64,000 nucleotides of DNA, from NCBI GenBank assembly GCA_052281595.1, contig DAWBRY010000004.1, positions 67,854-131,853 of the forward strand, given 5' to 3'. Positions 9,732 through 19,556 of the stretch are shown here, one piece after another; within the stretch, counting starts at the first letter, position 1, and every line of letters starts with the position of its first letter. A program made the translations under genes and the position numbers. The notes beneath the pieces were generated by a model. That model saw only the letters and a list, made by a program, of their open reading frames with translations. It was not told where the DNA came from and ran no database searches. Origin of the DNA: Collinsella sp. (GTDB lineage: Bacteria > Actinomycetota > Coriobacteriia > Coriobacteriales > Coriobacteriaceae).

Positions 9732-10850
9732 ATGGCCGAGAAATACGAGCTCGACAGGTGGGCGGCGGTCGTCTGCAACGGCTTCACCGCCGTCAACGTG
9801 ATGTCTTCCGGCAACGTCGAGGAGTTGGGCTGGGACTATACCGAAATGGAGCTCGACCCCACCGGGACCTGCGGGCTCTTCGACGGCATGCTGCTCGACT
9901 GGGACGACGACACGCCCGCGGAGCGCCGCGACCATGAGGCGTACTTCCCCGACGCGTTCACGGTGGGAGCGCGCATCCTGGCCGACGACTGGGACCACGA
10001 GCTCGGCAACGACGAGGTGCGTTCGCGCTGTTTTGCCATCATCGAGGACGCTGATCAGTTCACCGACCACGACACCGCCCGCGACTGGCTCTGCGAGAGC
10101 ACGATGGCGGACTTTTCCGAGGTCGAGGCGAGGACGTTCTTCCAGAACCTTACGCTCATGGACTCCGAGGAGATCGCGAAGCTGGACGGGCGTCCGATCA
10201 TCCCGTCCGCAGGAGCCGATGAGTGCCGCGCGGCGGTGCTCGCCTTCAACGAGAGGATGGTCCCGCGCCGCCGCGAACTCGGGCTCGGCGACACGGCCGT
10301 GGTCGGCAAGACAAAGAAGTCGGAGGCAACGTCGAAGGTCGTCCCTATGAAAAAAGAGCAGACGGTCCACGGGCTCGGTAGGGTCGATTTCTCCGGCCTC
10401 GGCTACGGTTGGGGGACGAATTATCCCGACTCGCTTTCCGTCGATGCGATCGGCATCAACCCCCCGTCGGGCGAGCGGTACGTCATCCTGAACTTCTCCC
10501 CCATCACGCATGCCCCCGATGTGGACGGCAGGAAGCTCTTCTGCCATGAGACGACCATCGGGTATGACCTCAACGCCGATTCCTGGTCCGGCGCCACCAT
10601 CGGACCGGACTTCTGGGCCCTCGACGGCAAGGAGGCCCGTGAGTTCGCGGAGAAGATCGGGCTCGACCGCCTGGCGGCGCGCGCGTGCGTCAGGCTCGGC
10701 ATCGAAGCGCCGGGGCTCACGGGCCGCGAAGCGCTCCCGATCCCCAAGGGCGTGAATGTCGCACCCCAACCCAGCGCGCAGGCCGAGGCCGCGAAGGCCG
10801 CGGCGACCAAGATGGTGTCCGGCGAGACCGGCGGCGGGAAGCATATCTAG
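9732..10850 (+). CDS. Array cargo protein with the conserved C-terminal tail.
   Basis: 372 aa. RBS GGATACGGAC…ATG. The tail is …AEAAKAAATKMVSGETGGGKHI. Confidence 0.65.
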   Translation: MAEKYELDRWAAVVCNGFTAVNVMSSGNVEELGWDYTEMELDPTGTCGLFDGMLLDWDDDTPAERRDHEAYFPDAFTVGARILADDWDHELGNDEVRSRCFAIIEDADQFTDHDTARDWLCESTMADFSEVEARTFFQNLTLMDSEEIAKLDGRPIIPSAGADECRAAVLAFNERMVPRRRELGLGDTAVVGKTKKSEATSKVVPMKKEQTVHGLGRVDFSGLGYGWGTNYPDSLSVDAIGINPPSGERYVILNFSPITHAPDVDGRKLFCHETTIGYDLNADSWSGATIGPDFWALDGKEAREFAEKIGLDRLAARACVRLGIEAPGLTGREALPIPKGVNVAPQPSAQAEAAKAAATKMVSGETGGGKHI

Positions 10851-10966
10851 GGTTTACTTTACCGGTTGCAGCCCTTCCCATTCGGGAAGGGCTGTTTTCG
10901 TGCCGGGGTGTTGTGGGTAGCATCTTCTCTGATTCTGACCGGCTTTCGTTTTGGAGCTGATGATCT

Positions 10967-11788
10967 GTGGACGATGAGAAGTTCGACCTCAACTCGAGGA
11001 TCTGGGTTTGGTTCAATAGCGTGCTCTCCTATGACAACATCATCGCGCACGATTTCCTCAATGAGATCGACGGCTGCGCCACGTTCGCAGACGTCATCAT
11101 CGGCCTCGCCGATCGGTGCTCCCTTTCCGATTTCCTCGGCGACACGCTCATCGGTTCCAGCTCGCTCCTCTCCAAGATCGCCGACCTGTGCGATGTCGAC
11201 CTGGATACCGCGCTCGGCCTCTGGGAATATGCGAGCGGCGAGGATATCGACCAGTTTGACAAGGAAGGCATCCTGCATATGATTGACGCCGCGAAGAAGG
11301 CCGAAGGGATTGAACCGTATGTATCCCAGGCCGGGCCAAATGGCGGTGTGGACGATGGCGAGGACCTGCGTGCAGGCGGACCGGTTTCCGAGGGCGACCC
11401 GTGGCGCGACGGCATGGTCGCACAGGTCGCTGGGCTCATGGAGCAGGTCGTTGACCTGGACGCCAAGGCAGCCGCCGGCGCCGATACCGTGCTTGCCGAG
11501 TTGTTCGAGCCCCTGGCGAACAATTCCACCGATGCCGCAATCGAACTCTTCGGGGTCTATTCGAGGTCTGACGCAAGCGGACGCTCGGCTATCGCCGAGG
11601 TTTTCCACGCCCTGACCGGCGAGACCTTCGATTCGTTCCTCATGGAGGCCTCGCGGACGTGCGAGGAGACGCTTGAGGCTTATCGGGGCAACAGCTTGCC
11701 CGGCCCTGATGCAATGGCCGCGGCGGCTAAGAAGGCGGCCGGGGCTAAGGTTTCGGCTGGTGTGGATGGCGGCGGGAAGCATATCTAG
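10967..11788 (+). CDS. Array cargo protein (GTG start) with the conserved C-terminal tail.
   Basis: Preceded by the intergenic cassette (hairpin, gggtagcatc, ttggagctg). The tail is …AAAAKKAAGAKVSAGVDGGGKHI. Its 3' ~48 nt are identical to the 3' end of ORF 11819. Confidence 0.6.
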   Translation: MDDEKFDLNSRIWVWFNSVLSYDNIIAHDFLNEIDGCATFADVIIGLADRCSLSDFLGDTLIGSSSLLSKIADLCDVDLDTALGLWEYASGEDIDQFDKEGILHMIDAAKKAEGIEPYVSQAGPNGGVDDGEDLRAGGPVSEGDPWRDGMVAQVAGLMEQVVDLDAKAAAGADTVLAELFEPLANNSTDAAIELFGVYSRSDASGRSAIAEVFHALTGETFDSFLMEASRTCEETLEAYRGNSLPGPDAMAAAAKKAAGAKVSAGVDGGGKHI

Positions 11789-11818
11789 AGCGGTTTGCCT
11801 TATCTGCTTTTAATTTAA

Positions 11819-13222
11819 TTGATTGGATGGTTCATCATGGACAGCCTCGTTGACGACAACTTCTCCGAGATCAGAAAAACCTTCACCGATCCCCTGTATA
11901 ACGCCATGGGTCTCCATGTGGACATGGGGGCTTCTTTTCACGATTACGGCACCCGCGACGATTACGGTATCGGTTGCTGTGCGACGCTTGACGGCGTGAC
12001 GCATTACGCGAAGGCCTGGCCCATCGAGGACCATGATAGCCGGTGGGGTGCCTGCATGGGCTCCTTTACGTTCGATGAGAGCCTTGCGGGAAACGGCGTC
12101 GACTACGTCAGCCCCGACTCACTCGCCAAGATCATGGGCGATTACGGTTACCACGACTCGCGATCTTTCCTGGACTGCAATCTCGACGTTTGGAGCGACG
12201 AGCTTGTCGGTATTCTCGGGTACGAGGCGTTCGGAAGCAGCCAATCCGAAGCCCTCGTGCTGTCCCCACTTGCCGATAAGGAATCCGTGTTGCAACTCTT
12301 CTATACCTTCTCGGAGAAGGCCGACGGCCTGATCAGTGACGAACTGTTCAACACCCTATATTGGGAAATGGAAGCCGAGGAACGCTTTGCCCATGCAAGG
12401 CCCATCGAGGCAGTCGATATCGATTTCGATAGGGCCCGCGACATCGCATCGAGTTGCCTGCATCGTCAAATCGAGCTTAAAGACGATATATCCTTCCGCC
12501 TTGCCCTGGATATCCTTCCCAAACTCAACTGGGATGGACCTTCCATCGCCATCGATGCGCTTAACTATCTCGCAGATACGCAGGAATTCGGTATCGAAGC
12601 CCTGAGAAGCCATGCAACCGAGCTCTTCGGCTCCTGTCAGGCCTCTGTCGCCTTGGACCAGGCGGGCTACATCATCTATTCCTACAGCGAGCCCGATGCC
12701 GTCACCAAGATGGATGATATCTTCTATCCATCAATCTATTCGTTGCCAGACAGCGGTGATTTGATCGGCTCTTGCATCGACGCCCTGTACGACCCTTATA
12801 TTCCCGAGGTCGAGGAGGCTATGAAAGATGTGCGTGAACGCAGGAAGAACCCCATGGCGCGCTATGGCTCTACGCCACTCGACGCGGTCAATGTCACGGT
12901 AACCCCCGCTTTGATTTTCTTCAAGAACGATCCGTCTGTTTCCCAGCGCGTGTATTTCTGCGATAAGTGCTCATCAGACCTCAATATCGGCGAAAAGATC
13001 TTCTCCTGCGGATATACCGCCGATGAGTTGCGCGGGATGATCGGAAAGAAGACCGACGAGAACTTCGTCGTCGTAGCCGTCGATGATCCATTTAAGGTGA
13101 GGGCCACCTATCTGAACCTCACCCAGAAGATACCCAGTCCAGCAGAGATTGCCGCGTCGGCAAAGAAAGCTGCCGGGGCTAAGGTTTCGGCTGGTGTGGA
13201 TGGCGGCGGGAAGCGTATCTAG
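11819..13222 (+). CDS. Array cargo protein, mosaic. It shares the 'VDIDF…SIAIDA.N.L…LEA.RSHATELF..CQ' domain with ORF 13349, and carries the conserved tail.
   Basis: 467-aa ORF. The tail is …AASAKKAAGAKVSAGVDGGGKRI. Confidence 0.6.
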   Translation: MIGWFIMDSLVDDNFSEIRKTFTDPLYNAMGLHVDMGASFHDYGTRDDYGIGCCATLDGVTHYAKAWPIEDHDSRWGACMGSFTFDESLAGNGVDYVSPDSLAKIMGDYGYHDSRSFLDCNLDVWSDELVGILGYEAFGSSQSEALVLSPLADKESVLQLFYTFSEKADGLISDELFNTLYWEMEAEERFAHARPIEAVDIDFDRARDIASSCLHRQIELKDDISFRLALDILPKLNWDGPSIAIDALNYLADTQEFGIEALRSHATELFGSCQASVALDQAGYIIYSYSEPDAVTKMDDIFYPSIYSLPDSGDLIGSCIDALYDPYIPEVEEAMKDVRERRKNPMARYGSTPLDAVNVTVTPALIFFKNDPSVSQRVYFCDKCSSDLNIGEKIFSCGYTADELRGMIGKKTDENFVVVAVDDPFKVRATYLNLTQKIPSPAEIAASAKKAAGAKVSAGVDGGGKRI

Positions 13223-13348
13223 AGCTGTTTGTTCTCAATGTCGATTGATGGCAGCCCTTTCCTTTTGGGAAGGGCCGTTTTCGTTGCCGGGCAGGGCGGG
13301 TAGCATCTTCTGTGTATCTGGCTGACTTGTTTTTGGAGCTGATGGTTT

Positions 13349-14242
13349 ATGGCGGCGAAACAATACGAACTCGGTTCGAATGTCCTCGATTGGTATAGGG
13401 ATTTCTGCCCGGGGAACAGCTTCCAGGTGGTGATTCGTCCCGATATCACGTTCGCAGACGTCGTCGTGGGCATGGCGAACGGTGTCGATTTGAACAACCT
13501 TATCGGTTCCGATAGCGAGATCTTCGGCAACATCGTGGTCGCGAAATTGGCCGAGATCACCGGAGAGAGCTACGAGACCGTTTCAAATGTCTGGCATGAG
13601 GCGCCGATGAATAGCGATTACATCGGCGAGGACGAGCGGCGCCTCATTGAGGCCGCCAAGCTCGTGATCGAACCCAGATCTAGGCGAATTACCACTGTCG
13701 ATATCGATTTCGGCAAGGCCTTCAGCATCGCAAATCACGCTATGCTGAACGAGATCATGCCATCCTTTGACGACCCTGCTCTCTACGGTATCGCTGAGAG
13801 AGTCCTACCAAATCTCGAGTGGCGCACCGATTCTATTGCTATCGATGCCATCAATGAGCTCTGTTGCGATCGCTACGCCGAGCACTATGACCTCGAGGCC
13901 GTTCGGAGCCATGCCACCGAACTGTTCGCAGCCTGCCAGGTCCAGTTGGCGTTCATACAGGCGGACCTCGTTTTTCAAGCGCTCGACTGGACGATTCCGG
14001 CGACGGATAGGGTTCGTTTCGGATCCGTCTATACCTCGGATCCGTATTCACGTCGTTACATCTCGACTTGTTGCCTTGGTGCATTTAGCCACCCTCGTTT
14101 TACCGTCGCCAGAGAGGCCGTTGCCGATATCGAGAAGCGAAGCAATGCCAAGAACAGCCCAACTAACATAGTTGCGGCGGCCAAGAAGGCGGCCGGCGCC
14201 GACGTGTCGGCCGATGGGGCCGGCAGCGGCAAGCATATCTAG
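13349..14242 (+). CDS. Array cargo protein, mosaic. Its N-terminus resembles ORFs 10967 and 14370, and its middle resembles ORF 11819. It carries the conserved tail.
   Basis: RBS GGAGCTG 9 nt upstream. The tail is …AAAKKAAGADVSADGAGSGKHI, with diverged nucleotides but conserved amino acids. Confidence 0.65.
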   Translation: MAAKQYELGSNVLDWYRDFCPGNSFQVVIRPDITFADVVVGMANGVDLNNLIGSDSEIFGNIVVAKLAEITGESYETVSNVWHEAPMNSDYIGEDERRLIEAAKLVIEPRSRRITTVDIDFGKAFSIANHAMLNEIMPSFDDPALYGIAERVLPNLEWRTDSIAIDAINELCCDRYAEHYDLEAVRSHATELFAACQVQLAFIQADLVFQALDWTIPATDRVRFGSVYTSDPYSRRYISTCCLGAFSHPRFTVAREAVADIEKRSNAKNSPTNIVAAAKKAAGADVSADGAGSGKHI

Positions 14243-14369
14243 CGCCTTCTTAGTTTTGCCGCGGTCAGATGGCGGCCCTTCCCGTTCGGGAAGGGCCGTT
14301 CTCGTTAATGGGCGATGCGGGTAGCATCTTCGATGTATCTGGCCGACCCTCTTTATTGGAGCTGGCGAA

Positions 14370-15590
14370 ATGAGCAAGAAGCATTTCAATTTCAAGTCTA
14401 GTATCCGCGATTGGTATATCCGGGCCTTTCCATCCGATGAGCTCGGTTACAGGATCAACCCGCTCGCCACCTTTGCCGGCGCCGTGAAATGCATGGCGGA
14501 CGGAGGCGACATCTATAAGTATCTCGGCGTCGGGGACTCCCTGGTGCGCGAGAACGTATTCTCCAAGATCGCCGCCATCACGGGCGTGGATTACGATGCC
14601 GTATACGGCCTTTGGCTTCATCATGACGAAGACGAGTGCAGCAGACTGGTCTTCCTCGGCGACCATCCGGACTGCGCCGTAGATCGCGACTGGCGGGAGC
14701 AGTTCGATGAGGTGGTCTCCCCTTCCGAGCAAGTGCGCTATGACGAGATGCTTGCAGCCGAAGAGCAGCGCAAGGCCGAGACGTTCGATTCGTTCATGGA
14801 GGTCAACGAGACTCCCATGGACGAGGTGCGAAGCGCCGGGATCGCGATGGTTCTCATGCAGGGCATCGTTTTCGCGGAGATCGCCAAGAAGATCGATGGG
14901 CCAAGCGAGGAGCTGAACGAACGCATCGCGACCTTCAACCACGACCTCAAGCGCCTCTACAACGAACCGCTCCACAAGAAGGTGGAACAAATCGAGAACC
15001 AGGTCGGAAAGCTGGAGGAGAAGGCGGCCATATACGACGAGATGCGCTATACCGCCGAGCATACCGATCCGGCGGATATCCGAATCGCAGAGGGCAGCAC
15101 CAGCATGACCGGCGCATTGATGGCCGCCGCGATGGCGAGCTACGACCTGTCATGCGGTCTTATCGACGATGAGCACATCGGACGATACAGCGACGTCATC
15201 ACCGCCCTCGAGGAGCGCATGGGGGTCGGTGCCGGCGGACTCTCCGTCCAGACCGAGGCGGGCGAGCTCATCGCCAACGCCAAGGAGGACGGCATCAGCG
15301 TCGGCATCAACATCCCCGGCGGCAAATGCGCGGATATCGCCTTCGTCGATGCGGACCCGGGCGCCGACGACCTCTACCCGACACCCGTTCGCGCCTTCAC
15401 CTACAACGGCCGCGACGAGGAGCCCGATCACCGCACCGACGTGCATCTCGACGGGGACATGGTGCTCGATGGACAGATGACTGCCGAGACCCCCGCGCAT
15501 GTACCCGCCGATATCACCGCGGCTGCCAAGGAGGCCGCCGCCAAGAGCGTCAAGCCCGACACCGTCGGAACCGACGGCATCAAGCACTAG
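14370..15590 (+). CDS. Array cargo protein, mosaic. Its C-terminal domain 'AGEL.A…GISV.IN.P.GK…DDYPTPV..FTY.G.D.EP.HRTDVHLDGD' is shared with the N-terminus of ORF 17313. It carries the conserved tail.
   Basis: 406 aa. The tail is …TAAAKEAAAKSVKPDTVGTDGIKH. Confidence 0.65.
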   Translation: MSKKHFNFKSSIRDWYIRAFPSDELGYRINPLATFAGAVKCMADGGDIYKYLGVGDSLVRENVFSKIAAITGVDYDAVYGLWLHHDEDECSRLVFLGDHPDCAVDRDWREQFDEVVSPSEQVRYDEMLAAEEQRKAETFDSFMEVNETPMDEVRSAGIAMVLMQGIVFAEIAKKIDGPSEELNERIATFNHDLKRLYNEPLHKKVEQIENQVGKLEEKAAIYDEMRYTAEHTDPADIRIAEGSTSMTGALMAAAMASYDLSCGLIDDEHIGRYSDVITALEERMGVGAGGLSVQTEAGELIANAKEDGISVGINIPGGKCADIAFVDADPGADDLYPTPVRAFTYNGRDEEPDHRTDVHLDGDMVLDGQMTAETPAHVPADITAAAKEAAAKSVKPDTVGTDGIKH

Positions 15591-15605
15591 GCGGGAGGCA
15601 TAGCC

Positions 15606-16556
15606 ATGGAAGAGACCTATCAGCTCATCGAGGGGTCGCCGACGCTGCGCGACCTGGACGCGGAGAACGGCTTCCTCTGGTGCCCGTTCGGGCACTCGGG
15701 GCGCCAGAACGAGCCGGGTATCCTGATCAGCCGCCTCGATGACGGCAGCTACGACGTGAGGCTCGGGACCGGGTTCGACAGCCCCGAGCGCTTCGCGACC
15801 GGGGACCCCGATTGGTCCTGGATGGACTTGTCCGTGGCCTCCACCGTGGAGCTCACCTTCGCGGACGACATGGCGCTCAACGACTGGATCGCGAGCGAGA
15901 CGACCGCCACCGGCGCCGCATGGGCTCGATGCTTCAACCCCTATTGCGGTCCTGACGAGAAGACATTGAACACCTCTGAAATCATCGATACGCTTAGGCG
16001 CTTCGAGAGCCCTTCGTATATCGTGCGCGGGCCCATCGAGGATATCGAGAGCCTACCGGTCGGGTACTACTGGTGCCCGGATGCACTCGACCCCGACCCG
16101 TCCTATAACGGCTACCTGCTGAACGTGTTCGCCGGCTTTGACGGCCGTGGGCTCCCTGGCAAGTTCTTCGAGCTCTTCGGCGGGGTCACGCTGAACGACG
16201 TGCCCTCCTTCGGGTTCGACGACGGCTGGGACGGCTCGTGCCTCAACCGCCTCGACTGGTTCGAGGACGCTGCGGGCATGGACGCCGACGGGCTCTCCGC
16301 CGGGCTCGTGGCGAACGACGCCGAATCCATCAAGGCCCTCATCGGGAACTGCCCCGCCTGGATCGAGTGCTTCCCCTCGTACAGCGAGAAGGCCGCCAAG
16401 GGCGTCGACGATGCGGTCCAGGCCGTGAAGGCGTATCGATTGGAAGGCAAAAGGGTACACAGGGAGGTAATCCCCGGGTATCTCTATGAGACTGCGAAGG
16501 CCGCCGCGGCCAAGACCGCCGGCGGGGCCGATGGCGGCACCGGGCCCCATATCTAG
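15606..16556 (+). CDS. Array cargo protein with the conserved C-terminal tail.
   Basis: 316 aa. The tail is …AKAAAAKTAGGADGGTGPHI. Confidence 0.6.
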   Translation: MEETYQLIEGSPTLRDLDAENGFLWCPFGHSGRQNEPGILISRLDDGSYDVRLGTGFDSPERFATGDPDWSWMDLSVASTVELTFADDMALNDWIASETTATGAAWARCFNPYCGPDEKTLNTSEIIDTLRRFESPSYIVRGPIEDIESLPVGYYWCPDALDPDPSYNGYLLNVFAGFDGRGLPGKFFELFGGVTLNDVPSFGFDDGWDGSCLNRLDWFEDAAGMDADGLSAGLVANDAESIKALIGNCPAWIECFPSYSEKAAKGVDDAVQAVKAYRLEGKRVHREVIPGYLYETAKAAAAKTAGGADGGTGPHI

Positions 16557-16569
16557 GAAGGCGATCTGC

Positions 16570-17313
16570 ATGGACTACTTCTCCCGTAAACCTGACTTCC
16601 CCACCTTCGAGGATATCTATATCGCCCGCGCGCAGGGAGCCATCGAGCTCGAGCGGCGCGGCGACGAGGTCGCCTGCCGCTTCGGCCCGGACGGCCCCGC
16701 CTTCATGCTCCCCCAGGGCGCAACCCGGGGCGATATCATCCGGGGCTGCCTCGCCTGCGACGGCATCGTCGAGGTGTTGAAGGGCGATCCGGGGATCCGT
16801 GTCGCGTGTGCCGGGTGGCTGGACTCGTACTTCACCGAGGTCGCCGATCGGGCCCCCGTCGGGGAGACCTGCGGCGCCGACTGCCTTTTCGCATGCCATG
16901 TCGATATCGACGGCATCTACGCGGAGCGCACCGGGGACCCAGACGGGCTTCGCGCCTACTGCGACCCGATGGGGGTCGGCTGGAACTACGGCCCGATCTA
17001 CTACTTCCCGCGCGAGTCCATCGAGCAGGTGGTCGGGCAGCTGTGCGAGGACGGGGACGATTTCCCCGTCCTGTTTGACGGGGAGCGCGTGATCGAGGCT
17101 TTCGACGGCACGCCCGTTCACATGTCGGTGCCCGTCGAGGTCGACGGCGAGAAGGTGTGGACCTGCGGCTACGACTTCTGCTGGTGCGAGACCGTCGCGC
17201 CCGATTTCAGCCGCGCGCGGGGGCACTTCCCCGACGCGACCGTGGCCGCCTGGGCTGCCGCGCGGAACGTGAATCAATCTGATGGCGATTTGGGCCTCAA
17301 GGAGCGTATGTGA
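16570..17313 (+). CDS. Array member lacking the tail. It is Cys-rich (CxxC pairs).
   Basis: RBS GGAAGG before ATG 16570. Translationally coupled to the next gene (…ATGTGATG). It ends …DLGLKERM with no tail. Confidence 0.5.
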   Translation: MDYFSRKPDFPTFEDIYIARAQGAIELERRGDEVACRFGPDGPAFMLPQGATRGDIIRGCLACDGIVEVLKGDPGIRVACAGWLDSYFTEVADRAPVGETCGADCLFACHVDIDGIYAERTGDPDGLRAYCDPMGVGWNYGPIYYFPRESIEQVVGQLCEDGDDFPVLFDGERVIEAFDGTPVHMSVPVEVDGEKVWTCGYDFCWCETVAPDFSRARGHFPDATVAAWAAARNVNQSDGDLGLKERM

Positions 17314-18116
17314 TGAACGAGTCCATTTCCGTAATGACCGATGCCGGCGAGCTTGTCGCCACGCCGTTCGCAGGCGGCATCAGCGTCGATATCAACCTGC
17401 CCGACGGCAAGGGCAGCGGCCAGCTTGCGTTCATCGAAGCCGCACCGGAAGGGCTTCGCGATGACTACCCGACGCCTGTCCACGTGTTCACGTATGACGG
17501 GCTAGATTCGGAGCCGGTCCATCGCACGGACGTGCATCTCGACGGGGATGCCATGACGCTCGATCCCGTGAAGGGCGCGGCGGCACGCAATGGCGCCGAT
17601 ACGGGATATAGGCAGCTGGATTCCGATTTTGTCAACGCTTCCAACAGTTGGGATGAGGTATACGGGTTCATCAAACGTTCCGACCCCAATTCCACGGGTA
17701 TGCCCGCGAGTTTCGACTATGCCCTGCTCGCACTCGATTCCAACGGATGGCATTTCGGTGAATCGAATGCGAGCGCCTTTGATATCCCCGCCAAGGACCT
17801 CGATTTCTTCCTGGGTATCTTCTACTGCTCAAGCATTTCGGAATTTGCTGCGTATGCTTCTGAGTGCAACGAGCCCGATTTCCAGGAATGGCTCTGCTCG
17901 ATGTATCTCCGCGACCAGGTGGAAGACCGTCTCCGCCACGAAATATCTTGCAATTGCATACAATCGACCGTTGACGCCTTCAAACTGCTTTCCGATAAGA
18001 TCGGTTTCGAGTTCGAGCCTGAAAACAATCCCGCAAATGTCGCCAAGGCCGCCAGTGCGGCGGCAGTGCGTTCGGTCGGTTTCGGCTTGAGCGAGGCCGA
18101 GGGCATCAAACACTAG
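17313..18116 (+). CDS. Array cargo protein. Its N-terminal domain is shared with the C-terminus of ORF 14370. It carries the conserved tail.
   Basis: RBS AAGGAGCG 8 nt upstream. The tail is …AKAASAAAVRSVGFGLSEAEGIKH. Confidence 0.6.
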   Translation: MNESISVMTDAGELVATPFAGGISVDINLPDGKGSGQLAFIEAAPEGLRDDYPTPVHVFTYDGLDSEPVHRTDVHLDGDAMTLDPVKGAAARNGADTGYRQLDSDFVNASNSWDEVYGFIKRSDPNSTGMPASFDYALLALDSNGWHFGESNASAFDIPAKDLDFFLGIFYCSSISEFAAYASECNEPDFQEWLCSMYLRDQVEDRLRHEISCNCIQSTVDAFKLLSDKIGFEFEPENNPANVAKAASAAAVRSVGFGLSEAEGIKH

Positions 18117-18220
18117 GGTCTGGCATATGACGCCCCTTCCCGTTCGGGAAGGGGCGTTCTCGTGTGGGTCACCGGCGGGTAGCATCGATGGGGACAACCG
18201 TTTCCCTGGAGGTGCCGAAT

Positions 18221-19546
18221 ATGGCCGATATGAATGCAAGCGACAGCGCAATCTCTACCGATGACCTCGAGATCGACAGCTATGACGACGTCGTGAAGCT
18301 GCTCGGCGCCGACGATGCCGCCTCGATGCTCGCCGATGTCGCGGGCAACCGGTTCAACCGGGAGGATATCATGAGGGCCATCCTGAATGGCGAGGATATC
18401 CATCTCGATTACTGGCCCGATTACGAGGAGCTTGAGTGGGCGACTCGCGTCTGCGGCGAACTGCTCGCCGACACCTCGCTCGAATGGGCCGATGGTTTCA
18501 TCGACGCGGAGAAAATCGAGACGCACGAGGGGCTGACTGTCAGCGACCTTTCCCATGCCGTGGAATGCGTGCTGACGGATAAGTTCAACGACGGGCTCTA
18601 CGAGGCGAGCCTTGTGGACCGTACCGAAATCGCCGATACGCTCGCTCAGGAGATCAAATCGCGACTCGACGGCGGTAAGCTCGGCCATGGGCCCTATGTC
18701 GACAGCGAATCGCTGCGCGACGACCTGACCGAGCGGTTCGGGTTCTTCTACGATATCGATTTTAGCGGGCTCACCTTCAAGACCTCGCTCATACTGTCCG
18801 TCAAGAGCCTGTATTTCGAGGGTGACGTCGTCGATTCCGCGCTCGACTGGCAGGCGGATTACCTCCCGTGCGTCTGCCACAGGGGCGGCCAGGGTGAGAA
18901 CGATAGGTGGGAGTATGAGCCCACCGACGACTACAGGCCGTTCACGCGTCCCGCGGACATCCCCGAGAGCATCTTCGACAAGCTGTGCGCCTCGCAGGGC
19001 ACGACCATCGAGAAGGTCGTCAACGACCCCGTTACCAAGTTCGAGCGCAGCTTCCGCGAGGATATCTTCAACTCGCAGCAGAACTCGCTCGTCGGTCTCA
19101 CCGTCCTGGCAACCCTGCCTCTCGATGCGTTCCTGGACGCCAGCCTCTCGATGATCTGCCGCGGCGACCGCGAGAAGGCGGGAACGTTCACGGTCAAGCC
19201 CGGCACATACGAACCAATCATGGGCATCTACGACCCCATCAACGGGTGCGGCGGCACCGCGGGCATCGAACTCGACACGGACTTCGATATCGACCCGCGT
19301 GACATCAAGTACACGATGATGGAACCCAGGGGCGGGAAGTGGGAATCCGACCGCATCGATCTCTATACCCCGCAGGATTGCTTCGGGTTCTCCGAGCCCT
19401 TTGCCGGGCGTATCGAGTATTCCGAGAAGAAGCCCAAGATCGCCGCGAAGGCGAAGCCCGATCCCGCCGACCTCGGACGCCGCGCGAGTGTCGCGGCCGG
19501 TGCTACCATCCGCGACGGTGTCGATGGCGGCGGGATCAAACTGTAA
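18221..19546 (+). CDS. Array cargo protein with the conserved C-terminal tail.
   Basis: RBS GGAGGTG upstream of ATG 18221. Preceded by the intergenic cassette. The tail is …AAGATIRDGVDGGGIKL. Confidence 0.6.
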   Translation: MADMNASDSAISTDDLEIDSYDDVVKLLGADDAASMLADVAGNRFNREDIMRAILNGEDIHLDYWPDYEELEWATRVCGELLADTSLEWADGFIDAEKIETHEGLTVSDLSHAVECVLTDKFNDGLYEASLVDRTEIADTLAQEIKSRLDGGKLGHGPYVDSESLRDDLTERFGFFYDIDFSGLTFKTSLILSVKSLYFEGDVVDSALDWQADYLPCVCHRGGQGENDRWEYEPTDDYRPFTRPADIPESIFDKLCASQGTTIEKVVNDPVTKFERSFREDIFNSQQNSLVGLTVLATLPLDAFLDASLSMICRGDREKAGTFTVKPGTYEPIMGIYDPINGCGGTAGIELDTDFDIDPRDIKYTMMEPRGGKWESDRIDLYTPQDCFGFSEPFAGRIEYSEKKPKIAAKAKPDPADLGRRASVAAGATIRDGVDGGGIKL

Positions 19547-19556
19547 GGGGAACACC

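Noticed and set aside
9573-10844. 423-aa minus-strand ORF. The same applies to 10859..11782, 14265..15062, 16339..17277, 3711..4889 and 1306..2037.
   Set aside because: All are antisense to tailed array genes and are Arg/Gly/Pro-rich GC shadows without an RBS.
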